DNA of 64,000 nucleotides from Desulfurococcaceae archaeon (GTDB taxonomy: Archaea; Thermoproteota; Thermoprotei_A; Sulfolobales; NBVN01): positions 7,359 to 71,358 of the forward strand of contig JAJHQR010000001.1 of assembly GCA_020833255.1 (NCBI GenBank). The letters are read 5' to 3'. Positions 28,919 through 38,512 of this stretch are shown piece by piece. Under the pieces are notes generated by a model. That model ran no database searches. It saw only the letters and a list, made by a program, of their open reading frames with translations, and was not told the origin of the DNA. Both the position numbers and the translations under genes were made by a program. Each line of letters starts with the position of its first letter. Within the stretch, counting starts at the first letter, position 1.

Positions 28919-30741
28919 ACACCTATGAACGCGTACCTCTGCTTCAAGAATACATTGGTCACGAAGATTATTAATAATTGCGTCACCACTATTAAGACAG
29001 CCATGGCGGCAGCTAACTGAAGCCCTGCTAAGCGCCCGCCGGTCAGGAAGTCAAGCATGACGGCGGTGAGGGGTTTTTGACCTGCTACTATAGCCCCCAC
29101 AGTAACTGAAACGCTTGTCTCAGCTATCGAGTACACGAAGGCTAGTAAAGCGCCGCTGAGGATGTTGAGACCTAGTAGCGGTATGACTACGGTTGCTAAG
29201 GTCCTCAGCCTCGAAGCACCTAAGTTCATCGCTGCTTCCTCGTAAGCCACGTGTACTTGCTGTAAGCCCGCGTAAATCACTCTAGTAGCGAACGGCGATC
29301 TCCTAACCGTGTAAGCTAGGACGACCAGCAACCACGGACCGTAAATTGAGAGGGGGTCTAGGAAAGTGTCTTTGAAAGGCCATGAAGTAAACATTACTAT
29401 GTATCCGGAAGCTATCGCCAGCCCCGGTATGGCTAGTGGTGATGTGCTGATCATGTCTAAGACCTCGTTCAGTGTCTGAAGCCTGCTCCTGGCTGCAACG
29501 TAAGCTGATGAAAGACTTAACACCGTTATTATGGTCGTGGCAATCGCCGCATACTTGAGACTGTTACTTAAGCCCGTTATCACGTCCGGGTTCTTGAGTA
29601 TGCTCGCGAAGTGGTCTAGGGTGAAGCCCTCCGGGTACGCTTTAGACCACCTAACACTGAAAGCAGTTATGAAAACACCTATCTGAGGCATAGCGGTGAA
29701 CACCATCACGGGGAGCACTACCAAGTATATTATCAAGCTACCGACTAGCTTAGGCTTCCTAACCCTAGGTATCCACCTACCGCCTCTGCTCAACATAGCG
29801 TACTGCCTCAGCGACACGTACCTCTTAATCCCGAAGAATATGGCTAGCGCGAGAGCCAGCAAGACTATGGATAAGGCGCCGACATAAGCCCCGACCTCAC
29901 CTATGTTTTGAGCGGCTTTAATGTTGCTGTAGATGCTGTAGGAAAGCACGTCGTAGAAGCCGTAAGCTATTGGGCCGCCCAAATCCTCCATAGAGAAAAT
30001 GAAGACCACCGCAGCACCGGCCGCTAGACCGGGTAGTGAGAGGGGTAACGTGACGCTCCTGAAGAGCTTAAAACCCCTAGCCCCTAAGTTCTCGGCCTGC
30101 TCCTCCAGACTCGGATCTATCAACATCATGCTTGAGTACACGTTTAAGTATACTATAGGCCAGAAAGCCATAGACTGAGTTAATACGACGCCGAACATCC
30201 CGTCCACGTTGATCTTGAGAGGCAAGCCGATCACCGAGTTAATGATGTATGAGAAGAGCCCGTCAAACGAGAACAGCTTCTTTATGACGAACGCGTTAAC
30301 GAACGGGGTCATTAATAACGGCATGTAAGCTAGGACACGCATGAGCATCTTACCCCTAAAATCGTAACGAGCCATTATGAAAGCCACGACCAAGCCTAAC
30401 ACTGTAGTGTTTAACGTGACTAGAGAAGCTATTATTAGAGTGTTAGGTATGACCCCGAAATTCCATCCTATGAAATTAACTAGCGTGGCACCACCTAACT
30501 GAGAAATCTTCACAGGCTCCGTGGTTGAGTACGTCCTGAAGAGTCTGGGATCACTAAATAACTCGATAAGTGAATAACCTGTTTTAGTACCGCTAACCAA
30601 TCTCTCCAGCGTGAAAGCTAGTGGGAGTGAGATCATGTCAGCTAAGGGCAGTATGAGGAAGAGGGAGAATAAAGCAAGGGAGAAAACAATCATTAGAATC
30701 AGCACGTTATCTAAATACCTGAGACTACCCCTTATATCCAA
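28915..30741 (-). CDS. Fe3+/thiamine-type ABC transporter permease (FbpB/ThiP-like, duplicated)
   Basis: About 12 TM helices, two EAA loops (IDPSLEEQAENLGA, YEEAAMNLGA). Confidence 0.88.
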   Translation of the reverse strand: MDIRGSLRYLDNVLILMIVFSLALFSLFLILPLADMISLPLAFTLERLVSGTKTGYSLIELFSDPRLFRTYSTTEPVKISQLGGATLVNFIGWNFGVIPNTLIIASLVTLNTTVLGLVVAFIMARYDFRGKMLMRVLAYMPLLMTPFVNAFVIKKLFSFDGLFSYIINSVIGLPLKINVDGMFGVVLTQSMAFWPIVYLNVYSSMMLIDPSLEEQAENLGARGFKLFRSVTLPLSLPGLAAGAAVVFIFSMEDLGGPIAYGFYDVLSYSIYSNIKAAQNIGEVGAYVGALSIVLLALALAIFFGIKRYVSLRQYAMLSRGGRWIPRVRKPKLVGSLIIYLVVLPVMVFTAMPQIGVFITAFSVRWSKAYPEGFTLDHFASILKNPDVITGLSNSLKYAAIATTIITVLSLSSAYVAARSRLQTLNEVLDMISTSPLAIPGLAIASGYIVMFTSWPFKDTFLDPLSIYGPWLLVVLAYTVRRSPFATRVIYAGLQQVHVAYEEAAMNLGASRLRTLATVVIPLLGLNILSGALLAFVYSIAETSVSVTVGAIVAGQKPLTAVMLDFLTGGRLAGLQLAAAMAVLIVVTQLLIIFVTNVFLKQRYAFIGV

Positions 30742-30905
30742 ACTCCCTTAACCCCCTAAACCTAAGATTAATTCCAGAATTTAAAGAAACAACTTAATAT
30801 GCGGTAGCACGCTTCCCTGGGGTAGGGAGGTGTTTTAAGCATTCACGGTATTGGGTGTGAGCATAGCGAGCTATGAACTCCCAAACCCGCGGAAAACTAC
30901 TCCAC

Positions 30906-31250
30906 TCACTTAGGGTTCTTACGTAGATTTATTTTCGCGACGCCGTTCTTTACCTTTATCTCGTAATTATCTAGGCTGACGTCGGTCGTGAGCGTTATTA
31001 GCTTCTTGATATTACGCCCCCTATATCTAAAAAGTATCTCTATTCTTGAAGTATCGACGGGGCGTACAATCACTGAGCTAGGGTCTTGATCCGAGACCTC
31101 CGCCAGTATCCTTACGTGATCTGAGTATTCCCTCACCTCGATTAGCGGGTCCTGCATCAAATACTTGCTGTGGTTCTCGTAGGGTTCGAATATCTTGTTC
31201 TTATGGGTTTCCCTCTTCTCCTCTCCAGTCACTCGCCTAACCTCCCACAT
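30906..31250 (-). CDS. Hypothetical protein, Hsp20/alpha-crystallin-like C-terminal domain
   Basis: DPLIEVREYSDHVRILAEV...IKVKNGVAKINLRK pattern resembles an ACD/CS fold. Confidence 0.55.
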   Translation of the reverse strand: MWEVRRVTGEEKRETHKNKIFEPYENHSKYLMQDPLIEVREYSDHVRILAEVSDQDPSSVIVRPVDTSRIEILFRYRGRNIKKLITLTTDVSLDNYEIKVKNGVAKINLRKNPK

Positions 31251-31350
31251 TATACTAGACTCAGGTATTTTAAACAGAGTTCTTGTTAGTCCTCGGTCAT
31301 AAAGTTAATAGTTGAGCTGTTAATATAGGTGTGTAGGTAGTTAGGATGGT

Positions 31351-32703
31351 ATGGTGAAGGAGCCTTACGAGCTTGAGTGGGTGGACGTAGCTGCTTTGAT
31401 TAAGGCTGTGAAGCTAGCTGAGAGTATCAAGCCTTCACAGCAAGCTAAGAGGAACGCTTTCAAGGAGTTCGGCGTTCTCGGGACTAGGCGTGACCCCCCT
31501 CTCACCGCCATATTCTACAACATAATGTTGAGGCTGGGTATCATAGACAACTTAATCAAGGAATTCTCAGGCGTTACCAACCCGCTACTCCTGGAAGCTA
31601 ATCTCAGGGCAGCTCTCAGAGTCTTTATTGGTTTGATGGTCTTCAGCAGGGATAGGGTCAGGTTCAGGGATCTCGATAAGATCAAGAATAAGGTTTCCCA
31701 ATATCTTTCGGAAGCTTCCCACCCGTTCGTCGGTATGTGGTTCTGGGACTTGATAGATAGGTTAGTGAGTTTCGAGTACAGGCCTAAGACGCCTGAGGAA
31801 GAGCTTACCTTGAAGTACTTGCTGCCGGCATGGTATATCAAGAAAATAAGTGAGTTGATCGGTGCGGACGAGGCGGCAGAGCTATTCAAGAGCTTCTTAA
31901 AGACCCCTAAAATATCCGTGAGGGTAAACACTCTGAAAGCCACTGTCGAGGAGGTTCTTAAGGAACTTGAGGAAAGCAAGGTTAAGGATCTTGAGGTATC
32001 TCAGGTAGTTCCTACGGTGATAAAGTTTAAAGGGCCTTACAACTTCGATAGGTCCAGACTCTTAAGAGAGGGTAAGATAGTTATTCAAGACGAGTCAGCC
32101 GCGTTAGCCGCCATACTGCTTGATCCTAAACCAGGTCAGGTAGTGGTTGATTTAGCTGCAGCTCCCGGAGGTAAGACGGAACTCATCGGTGAGTTAATGA
32201 GGAATGAGGGGGTCATCCACGCTTTCGACGTGGATGCTAAACGTATTAGTAGGATGCGGAGATTGCTTGAGAGGGCTGGGATAACTATAGTTAAGATTTA
32301 CGAGAGGGACGGGAGGGAAGCGCCTAGAATAGTTGGTGAGAACGTGGCTGACAGAGTCCTCGTAGACCCTCCGTGCAGTTCCGACGGAACCTTGATGAAG
32401 AACCCTGACTTGAGGTGGAGACTCTTGGAAGAGGAGGTTCCTAAGCTAGCGCAACTCCAGTACGAGCTCTTACTAGCTGGTCTGAAGATGCTTAAGCCCG
32501 GCGGGTACCTACTATACTCGACGTGCTCACTCCTTAGAGAACAGGGTGAGGACGTGATACAGCGCGTCATCAAGAAGAAGAAAGCTAAGATAGTGCCTAT
32601 TAAGGGACCCTACGAGGAGGGCTTCCTACCTGGCACTATGAGAGCGTGGCCCCACAAACATAACACGACAGGCTTCTTCTACGCTCTCCTCACTAAGGGG
32701 TGA
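31351..32703 (+). CDS. RsmB/NOP2/NSUN RNA cytosine-C5 methyltransferase
   Basis: RVNTLK, QDESA, DLAAAPGGKT, DPPCS and YSTCS catalytic cysteines, GFF. Confidence 0.92.
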   Translation: MVKEPYELEWVDVAALIKAVKLAESIKPSQQAKRNAFKEFGVLGTRRDPPLTAIFYNIMLRLGIIDNLIKEFSGVTNPLLLEANLRAALRVFIGLMVFSRDRVRFRDLDKIKNKVSQYLSEASHPFVGMWFWDLIDRLVSFEYRPKTPEEELTLKYLLPAWYIKKISELIGADEAAELFKSFLKTPKISVRVNTLKATVEEVLKELEESKVKDLEVSQVVPTVIKFKGPYNFDRSRLLREGKIVIQDESAALAAILLDPKPGQVVVDLAAAPGGKTELIGELMRNEGVIHAFDVDAKRISRMRRLLERAGITIVKIYERDGREAPRIVGENVADRVLVDPPCSSDGTLMKNPDLRWRLLEEEVPKLAQLQYELLLAGLKMLKPGGYLLYSTCSLLREQGEDVIQRVIKKKKAKIVPIKGPYEEGFLPGTMRAWPHKHNTTGFFYALLTKG

Positions 32704-33419
32704 TGGCCGTGGGTCCCGTGCCGCGCCACAAGATCCAGAGAATCCCTGAGTTCAGGGAGGTCGTTTATGATGAGGGGAGATGGGATTTACTAGCTAGGCT
32801 GAGGTCGAGGGCTACCCGAATAGTTGAGGATTTAGGTAGTTGCGGCGTGAGCGCCGCCGTACACGGCTCCCTAGCAAGAGGGGACGTAACCCCGACCAGT
32901 GACATAGACGTGGTCATAACGTATCTAACACAGCCCTACAGGATCGTGTTCTGTTTAGAGAGACTTAACTACATCATACATAAGCAGTACATAGTTAAGG
33001 CAACACCTGCTTCAACCCCTAAAGCCTATATAGAGTTGGATCCGGAGGGTAGGGAGGTGGTGTCCTTCCCTCTCAAGGAGACCAACCCGACGGAATGGGA
33101 ATTCTATAAGTTCGGAGGGCTCGTGACTCTCGAAGAGTTGAGGAGAAACGTTAGGAAGCCGGGCGTGAATAAAAACCTGGTGTTAATCATCCCGACTGAG
33201 AGAGGACATCTTGAGGCGCCCGTCATTAACTACGAGGGTTATGTAGCCTCAGTTCTGGGGGTCTCAATAAACGTAGTTAATGAGAGGGTTAGGCTTCTCA
33301 GCAGGCGAGACGAGGTCGGCAGGACCGGGACATACCTCAAGTACGTGTTAAAGATCGGGGAGAGTTTTGAGGAGGCTCTGGCTAGGTTAGCTAAGGAAGG
33401 GAAGCTAAGACTAAGCTAG
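32700..33419 (+). CDS. Archaeal Pol-beta-type nucleotidyltransferase domain protein
   Basis: HGSLARGDVTPTSDIDV motif, EFYKFGG, GVNKNL, RRDEVGRTG. Confidence 0.8.
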   Translation: MMAVGPVPRHKIQRIPEFREVVYDEGRWDLLARLRSRATRIVEDLGSCGVSAAVHGSLARGDVTPTSDIDVVITYLTQPYRIVFCLERLNYIIHKQYIVKATPASTPKAYIELDPEGREVVSFPLKETNPTEWEFYKFGGLVTLEELRRNVRKPGVNKNLVLIIPTERGHLEAPVINYEGYVASVLGVSINVVNERVRLLSRRDEVGRTGTYLKYVLKIGESFEEALARLAKEGKLRLS

Positions 33420-33423
33420 GGAT

Positions 33424-34269
33424 CTATCCCAGCTTCCGTATCACCTCGTTAAACTTACTTATGAATCTCCTAGCTCTCTCGAAATCTACGGGATTGCCTG
33501 CCTTGCCGTCCGCCTTAATGTATGAGCCGACTATCACGCCGTCAGCTCTCCTCAGCAATGCCTCTAGATTCTCCGGCGTCGCGCCACTACCTACTAAGAC
33601 GGGAACTGGTGAAACACTCTTCACCTTACTTAAGAACTCCACGTCAGGTTCCTCCCCTGTTCTAGTCCCCGTCACTACTAACGCGTCAGCTCTCCCCCTC
33701 TCCACGGCATCGGCGACTAGATCTTCCAGAGGTTCCGTACCGCCTTTAACGAGGCTTTGTTCTCTGTAAGCTAGGTAACTCAGGCTACTCCCGTGCTTAC
33801 AAACGATGTCAGCGAATATCTTCACCCCCGGATAGTTAAACCTGACGTTTCTAAGCCTCGGCGCCTCAGGCCCCACAACCCCTGAATCCGTTAGCAATGT
33901 CTCAATCAGCGAGTTCACTCTAATAAACTTGGCTCCCGTGGCTAAGGCTATGGAGTAAGCTTCAAGACCTGAATTCCTTAAGAGGTTAATCCCTACATCA
34001 ATCCTCACAGACTTAACGACTTCCCTAGCTACGACCGTGAACGCCGCCAGCGTTAGAGGGTCCCTAACCCTCTTCAGGAAAGGCGCGTCACCAAAGTTTT
34101 CCACTATAATCCCGCCATACCCTAACTCCTCAAGTATTCTAGATTCCTTAACAGCTCTCTCAACAACTTCCTCCACCCCTACCTCACCAACGTAGTGGGT
34201 GCTAGGCAGTCTAGGAAGGTGTATCACGCCAACCAACAACTTCCCCGAAGTCCCTACACTCGACAACAC
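33424..34269 (-). CDS. BtpA/SgcQ family TIM-barrel protein
   Basis: GVIHLPRLP, IVENFGDAPF, GINLLRN, FIRVN, ADIVCKH, VTGTRTG, VGSG, IVGS. Confidence 0.9.
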   Translation of the reverse strand: MLSSVGTSGKLLVGVIHLPRLPSTHYVGEVGVEEVVERAVKESRILEELGYGGIIVENFGDAPFLKRVRDPLTLAAFTVVAREVVKSVRIDVGINLLRNSGLEAYSIALATGAKFIRVNSLIETLLTDSGVVGPEAPRLRNVRFNYPGVKIFADIVCKHGSSLSYLAYREQSLVKGGTEPLEDLVADAVERGRADALVVTGTRTGEEPDVEFLSKVKSVSPVPVLVGSGATPENLEALLRRADGVIVGSYIKADGKAGNPVDFERARRFISKFNEVIRKLG

Positions 34270-34352
34270 TCTTAAACCCTACCGTAAGTATGGTTACCTA
34301 AAATAATATTATTTTAATGACTACGAGACGAAAGTGTTTTCGGTGTGTGTAG

Positions 34353-35501
34353 TTGGTTCGTGTTGTGGGGATTGATCCGGGAACCAAGACTATGGATCTA
34401 TGCTTGCTGGAGGATGGGGTGGTTAAGAGCGAGGTAGTCCTCGAGTCTAGCGAGGTAGCGTTTAAGCCTGAGCTACTCGTGAAAGCTGTTGAGAAGTTAT
34501 CTCCTTACGACCTCATCGTAGGTCCTTCAGGTTACGGGGTTGAGGTAACCTACATTGATGAAATACCTGACGACGTTTTCGAGGATTGGTACTACACCTA
34601 CATACTCTTAACGACTAAGGAGGAGATCGAGCGCGGCGTTGCTGAGGGAGACGTAGGTTCCTACATTTACTACGCGATGGCTAAAACGATGATTGAGTTT
34701 AAGAAACGCCGGCTTCCAGTAGTCTTCATACCCGGCATCATAAACCTCCCCACAGTGCAGGGATTCAAGAAGCTGAACAAGATTGATTTAGGGACAGCGG
34801 ATAAGTTGGCGGTCGCCGTCCTCGCAACGCACCTACAAGCTGAGAGACTCAGGATACCTTACGGCGAGGTCTCCTTCATCTTATCCGAGCTAGGCTTCGG
34901 ATACAACGCCGTCGTGGGGGTTAGTAAGGGTCTTATTATGGACGCGTTCGGCGGGACCACGATGCCCGGCCCGGGTTTCTTATCGATGGGTTGCGCCGAC
35001 TTAGAATTGGTTCAGTTAGTTAGGAACTGGTCGAAGACAGACGTGTTTACCGGCGGGCTCTCCTACGTTTCCGGTTGTAGGACTCCTGAGGAGCTGGCGG
35101 AGTGTTCTACTACTAGGCCCGAATGCCTTGAATTACTAAACGCTATGGTTGACGGGATCATGAAAGCCGTTCACGCCCTAACGTACAGTGTGGGGGTGCC
35201 TAAGGAAGTGCTTTACTCTGGAAGACTATCTAGAATCAATCTCATCAGGAACTTACTGATAAGCAGTATTAAAGACTCCGCGGTTTTGGGTTCCGTGAGG
35301 GTTGCGCCTGTAGGGAGTCTGCCGGGAGCTAAAATAACTAAGGAGACCGCGCAGGGCTACGCGTTGGTTGGGGACGGCGTGGCCGGCGGCTTTTTCAGGG
35401 GGTTAATTAACCACATGCGTGTTGCGGAAGCTAAGGGGAGCGCGCTCGATTACGTGAAGCATCCTAAGTTTGATAAGAGGAAGCTTGTCAGGTTTAAGTG
35501 A
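34353..35501 (+). CDS. DUF1464 family protein (ASKHA/butyrate-kinase-like fold)
   Basis: GIDPGTKTMD, GPSGYG, IPGIINLPTV, IDLGTADK, ELGFGY, SGR, AQGYA motifs. Confidence 0.8.
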   Translation: MVRVVGIDPGTKTMDLCLLEDGVVKSEVVLESSEVAFKPELLVKAVEKLSPYDLIVGPSGYGVEVTYIDEIPDDVFEDWYYTYILLTTKEEIERGVAEGDVGSYIYYAMAKTMIEFKKRRLPVVFIPGIINLPTVQGFKKLNKIDLGTADKLAVAVLATHLQAERLRIPYGEVSFILSELGFGYNAVVGVSKGLIMDAFGGTTMPGPGFLSMGCADLELVQLVRNWSKTDVFTGGLSYVSGCRTPEELAECSTTRPECLELLNAMVDGIMKAVHALTYSVGVPKEVLYSGRLSRINLIRNLLISSIKDSAVLGSVRVAPVGSLPGAKITKETAQGYALVGDGVAGGFFRGLINHMRVAEAKGSALDYVKHPKFDKRKLVRFK

Positions 35502-35669
35502 CTGGGCCTCACCCAGGTTTCTGCATACCCGTATTTCGTTTCATTAGAGATAATTAAGTGTTTGAGGGTGGTGCTTAGTTGACGTACGGACTGACGGTGG
35601 ATTTTTTGTTTTGTTTACGTAAATTCTATGTTTTAATCCTTTACGGTAGGGAGATTCGGTGATTAAGTT

Positions 35670-37016
35670 TTGTGGGATTATAAGAGGCCTTCGATAGTTG
35701 TCCCACCTCCCGGTCCTAAAGCTCTTGAGTGGATTAAGCGTGATGAGGCGTTGCTCTCGACTTCCTTGACTAGGACAGCCCCCCTGGTTCCTGCGGAGAC
35801 TGGTTACGTCTGGGTTAAGGATGTTGACGGCAACGTATTCCTTGATTTCGGTTCCGGGATAGCTGTGACGAACGTTGGTCACAGGCATCCGAGAGTCGTT
35901 AAGGCTATAAAAGAGGTTGTTGACTTACTTGACCACACGAATTCCTGCGATTTCTACAGCCACCTACAGGTAGTTTACGCTGAGAAGCTGCTCTCGCTAA
36001 CGCCCGGGGATTTTAAGAAGAGGGTCTTCTTCGGTAATTCAGGAACTGAGTCTGTGGAGTGTGCTTTAAAGGCTGTTAAGTGGCATTCCCCCGGCAAGCC
36101 GTACGTGCTGGGTTTCGTGCCAGGCTTCCACGGAAGAACCATGGGTTCCCTATCCTTCACCACGACTAAGCTCAGTGCTAGGAGGAGGTTCTTCCCGTTC
36201 ATGCCGGGGGCCGTGCACGTGCCGTTCCCCAACACTTATAGGTGCCCGTTCAAAGGACTTGAAGGCGATGAGTGTGTTGACGCTGTCTTATCCTACATGG
36301 AGGACTTCTTATTCCAGCACGTGGTCCCGCCGGATGAGATCGCTGGAGCGATAATTGAGCCCATACTGGGTGCCGGGGGTGTTGTGCCGGCGCCTGAGAA
36401 ATTCCTGAGGGAACTCTATAGGATGAGCAGGAAGTACGGGTTCTACTTGATAATAGATGAGGTTCAGACAGGTTTCGGCAGGACAGGTAAGTTGTGGGCG
36501 GTGCAACACTACGACGGCGTTATACCTGACGTGATGACCATGTCTAAGGCGGCCGCGAACGGCTTACCTTTCGGCCCCTGCGTCGCTAGAGCTGAGTTGC
36601 TTGAGTGGGAGCCGGACGCGCACGAGAACACGTTGGGCGGTAACCCTATAGTGGTCGCCGCCGCGATAGCTGTCCTGGACGTGATTTTAGAGGAGAAGCT
36701 TCCTGAGAACGCTGCTAAGCAAGGCGAGTACTTGATGAAGAGGCTGAACGAACTCAAGGACAGGTATGAGGAGGTAGGGGACGTGAGGGGTAAGGGGTTG
36801 ATGGTCGGTGTCGAGTTCGTTAAGAGTAAGGAGACGAAAGAACCTAACAAGAAGTTCAGGGAGAAGGTTATAGAAGAAGCTTTTAAGAGGGGCTTAATAC
36901 TGTTAGGTGCTGGCACCTCCTCACTGAGGTTGCAGCCGCCTCTCGTTATCAAGGAAGAACACGTTGACGTAGCTGTCGAGATATTGGAGGAATCTATTAA
37001 GAGTGCTAAAGCTTAG
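35670..37016 (+). CDS. Class III PLP-dependent aminotransferase (acetylornithine/4-aminobutyrate family)
   Basis: DVDGNVFLDF, NSGTES, FHGRT, IIEP, DEVQTGFGRTG, MSK (PLP Lys), NTLGGNP, RGKGLM. Confidence 0.92.
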   Translation: MWDYKRPSIVVPPPGPKALEWIKRDEALLSTSLTRTAPLVPAETGYVWVKDVDGNVFLDFGSGIAVTNVGHRHPRVVKAIKEVVDLLDHTNSCDFYSHLQVVYAEKLLSLTPGDFKKRVFFGNSGTESVECALKAVKWHSPGKPYVLGFVPGFHGRTMGSLSFTTTKLSARRRFFPFMPGAVHVPFPNTYRCPFKGLEGDECVDAVLSYMEDFLFQHVVPPDEIAGAIIEPILGAGGVVPAPEKFLRELYRMSRKYGFYLIIDEVQTGFGRTGKLWAVQHYDGVIPDVMTMSKAAANGLPFGPCVARAELLEWEPDAHENTLGGNPIVVAAAIAVLDVILEEKLPENAAKQGEYLMKRLNELKDRYEEVGDVRGKGLMVGVEFVKSKETKEPNKKFREKVIEEAFKRGLILLGAGTSSLRLQPPLVIKEEHVDVAVEILEESIKSAKA

Positions 37017-37033
37017 ATTACGAGAGGTTAGGC

Positions 37034-38401
37034 ATGAGCTCAGCAATAAGACTGTTTTTCGAGCCCGAGTCCGTGGCAGTCATAGGAGCTTCCAGAGACC
37101 CCTCGAAGACGGGTCACGTGATACTTAAGAATATTGTTGAGGGAGGGTATAAGGGGAGGATATACCCAATCAACCCCTCAGCCAACGAGATTCTAGGCCT
37201 GAAATGCTATAAGTCTGTTCTGGAAGTCCCTGAAAACATAGACTTAGCCGTCGTGGTAGTCCCTGCCAGGTTAGTGCCTAGCGTAATCGACGAATTAGGT
37301 GTTAAGAAGGTTAAGGCGGCCGTGATAATCTCCGGCGGTTTCAGGGAGACCGGGACTCAGGAGGGTCGCAGGCTAGAGGAGGAGCTCAAGAATAAAGCTA
37401 TCAGTAATAACGTAAGGGTTTTAGGGCCTAACTGCCAGGGCGTGAATAACCCGCACGTCGGGTTATGCGCTTCGTGGCCATTGATAAGGAGTAGAGGGCC
37501 TCTAGCCATAGTTTCCCAGAGCGGTACCATAGCGGCCGCTTTCGAGTTATGGGCTGAGGAGGAAGGTATCGGGGTGAGTAAGATGGCGGCGTTAGGGAAT
37601 AAGATAGACGTGGACGAGACCGACTTACTGGAGTACTTGAGGGATGACGCCGAAACGAGAGCTATCGCCATGTACATAGAGAGCATTAGGGACGGCAGGA
37701 GGTTTTTGAGGGTGGCTACGGAGACCAGCCTTAAGAAGCCTGTGGTAGTCCTCAAGTCCGGCAGGACCCCCTCAGGTGTGAGGGCGGTAGCTTCACACAC
37801 GGGCTCGCTAGCAGGTTCTTACGCCATCTACTACTCAGCTTTCAGGAAGGCGGGCATAGCAGTTGCCGACACCATAGAAGAACTATACGATATAGCTAAG
37901 GGTCTGGCCCTACTGCCCAGGACAGACGGTGAGAGGATTCAGATAGTCACTTCCTCAGGTGGTTCAGGGATAGTCTCCGTGGATTACGCTGAGATGCTCG
38001 GGCTGAGGCTAGCTAGCCTAGAAGAGTCTTCTAGAGAGAGCTTACGTAGTGAGTTACCGACTCACTGCATAGTGGGTAACCCGCTGGATCTTACGGGGGA
38101 TGCTGACGCGGAAAGATATGATAAAGTCTTGAAGGTTTTGGTTAAGGATCCTAACATAGACGTAATCCTAACCATATTCGGCGACCCGATACCGGGAGCT
38201 AGTGAAGTCATTAAGAAATGGTTTAACTCGGGGAAGACTATAGTTCCCGTATACATAGGCGGAGGTTCTGTGGAGGTCGTTGAGAGGAGGAAAATGCATG
38301 AGTCCCGGATCCCTACGTTCAAGACTCCTGAGCGGGCGGTTAAGGTCGTGAAGGCCTTAGTAGACTACACAAGGTTTTTAAGGATGCATCAAGCTTCATA
38401 A
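37034..38401 (+). CDS. acdA: ADP-forming acyl-CoA synthetase (ACD), alpha subunit
   Basis: AVIGAS, GPNCQG, SQSG, GNKIDV, KSGRT, SHTGSLAG phospho-His, NPLDLTGDA. Confidence 0.9.
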   Translation: MSSAIRLFFEPESVAVIGASRDPSKTGHVILKNIVEGGYKGRIYPINPSANEILGLKCYKSVLEVPENIDLAVVVVPARLVPSVIDELGVKKVKAAVIISGGFRETGTQEGRRLEEELKNKAISNNVRVLGPNCQGVNNPHVGLCASWPLIRSRGPLAIVSQSGTIAAAFELWAEEEGIGVSKMAALGNKIDVDETDLLEYLRDDAETRAIAMYIESIRDGRRFLRVATETSLKKPVVVLKSGRTPSGVRAVASHTGSLAGSYAIYYSAFRKAGIAVADTIEELYDIAKGLALLPRTDGERIQIVTSSGGSGIVSVDYAEMLGLRLASLEESSRESLRSELPTHCIVGNPLDLTGDADAERYDKVLKVLVKDPNIDVILTIFGDPIPGASEVIKKWFNSGKTIVPVYIGGGSVEVVERRKMHESRIPTFKTPERAVKVVKALVDYTRFLRMHQAS

Positions 38402-38459
38402 GACTTTATTAAAGCTTCACCCACTCGTCACCTGCACGCCTTGATAATAATTTACTAGA

Positions 38460-38473
38460 ATGGATTAATCCAT
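38460..38473. promoter_or_regulatory. Perfect 14-bp palindrome ATGGATTAATCCAT, candidate operator upstream of iorA
   Basis: Exact inverted repeat immediately 5' of a CTTAAAA TATA-like box, about 40 nt before the iorA start. Confidence 0.5.
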
Positions 38474-38512
38474 GCTTAAAACGTAGGTAATCCGTTACTT
38501 ACTCGTGGTGTT

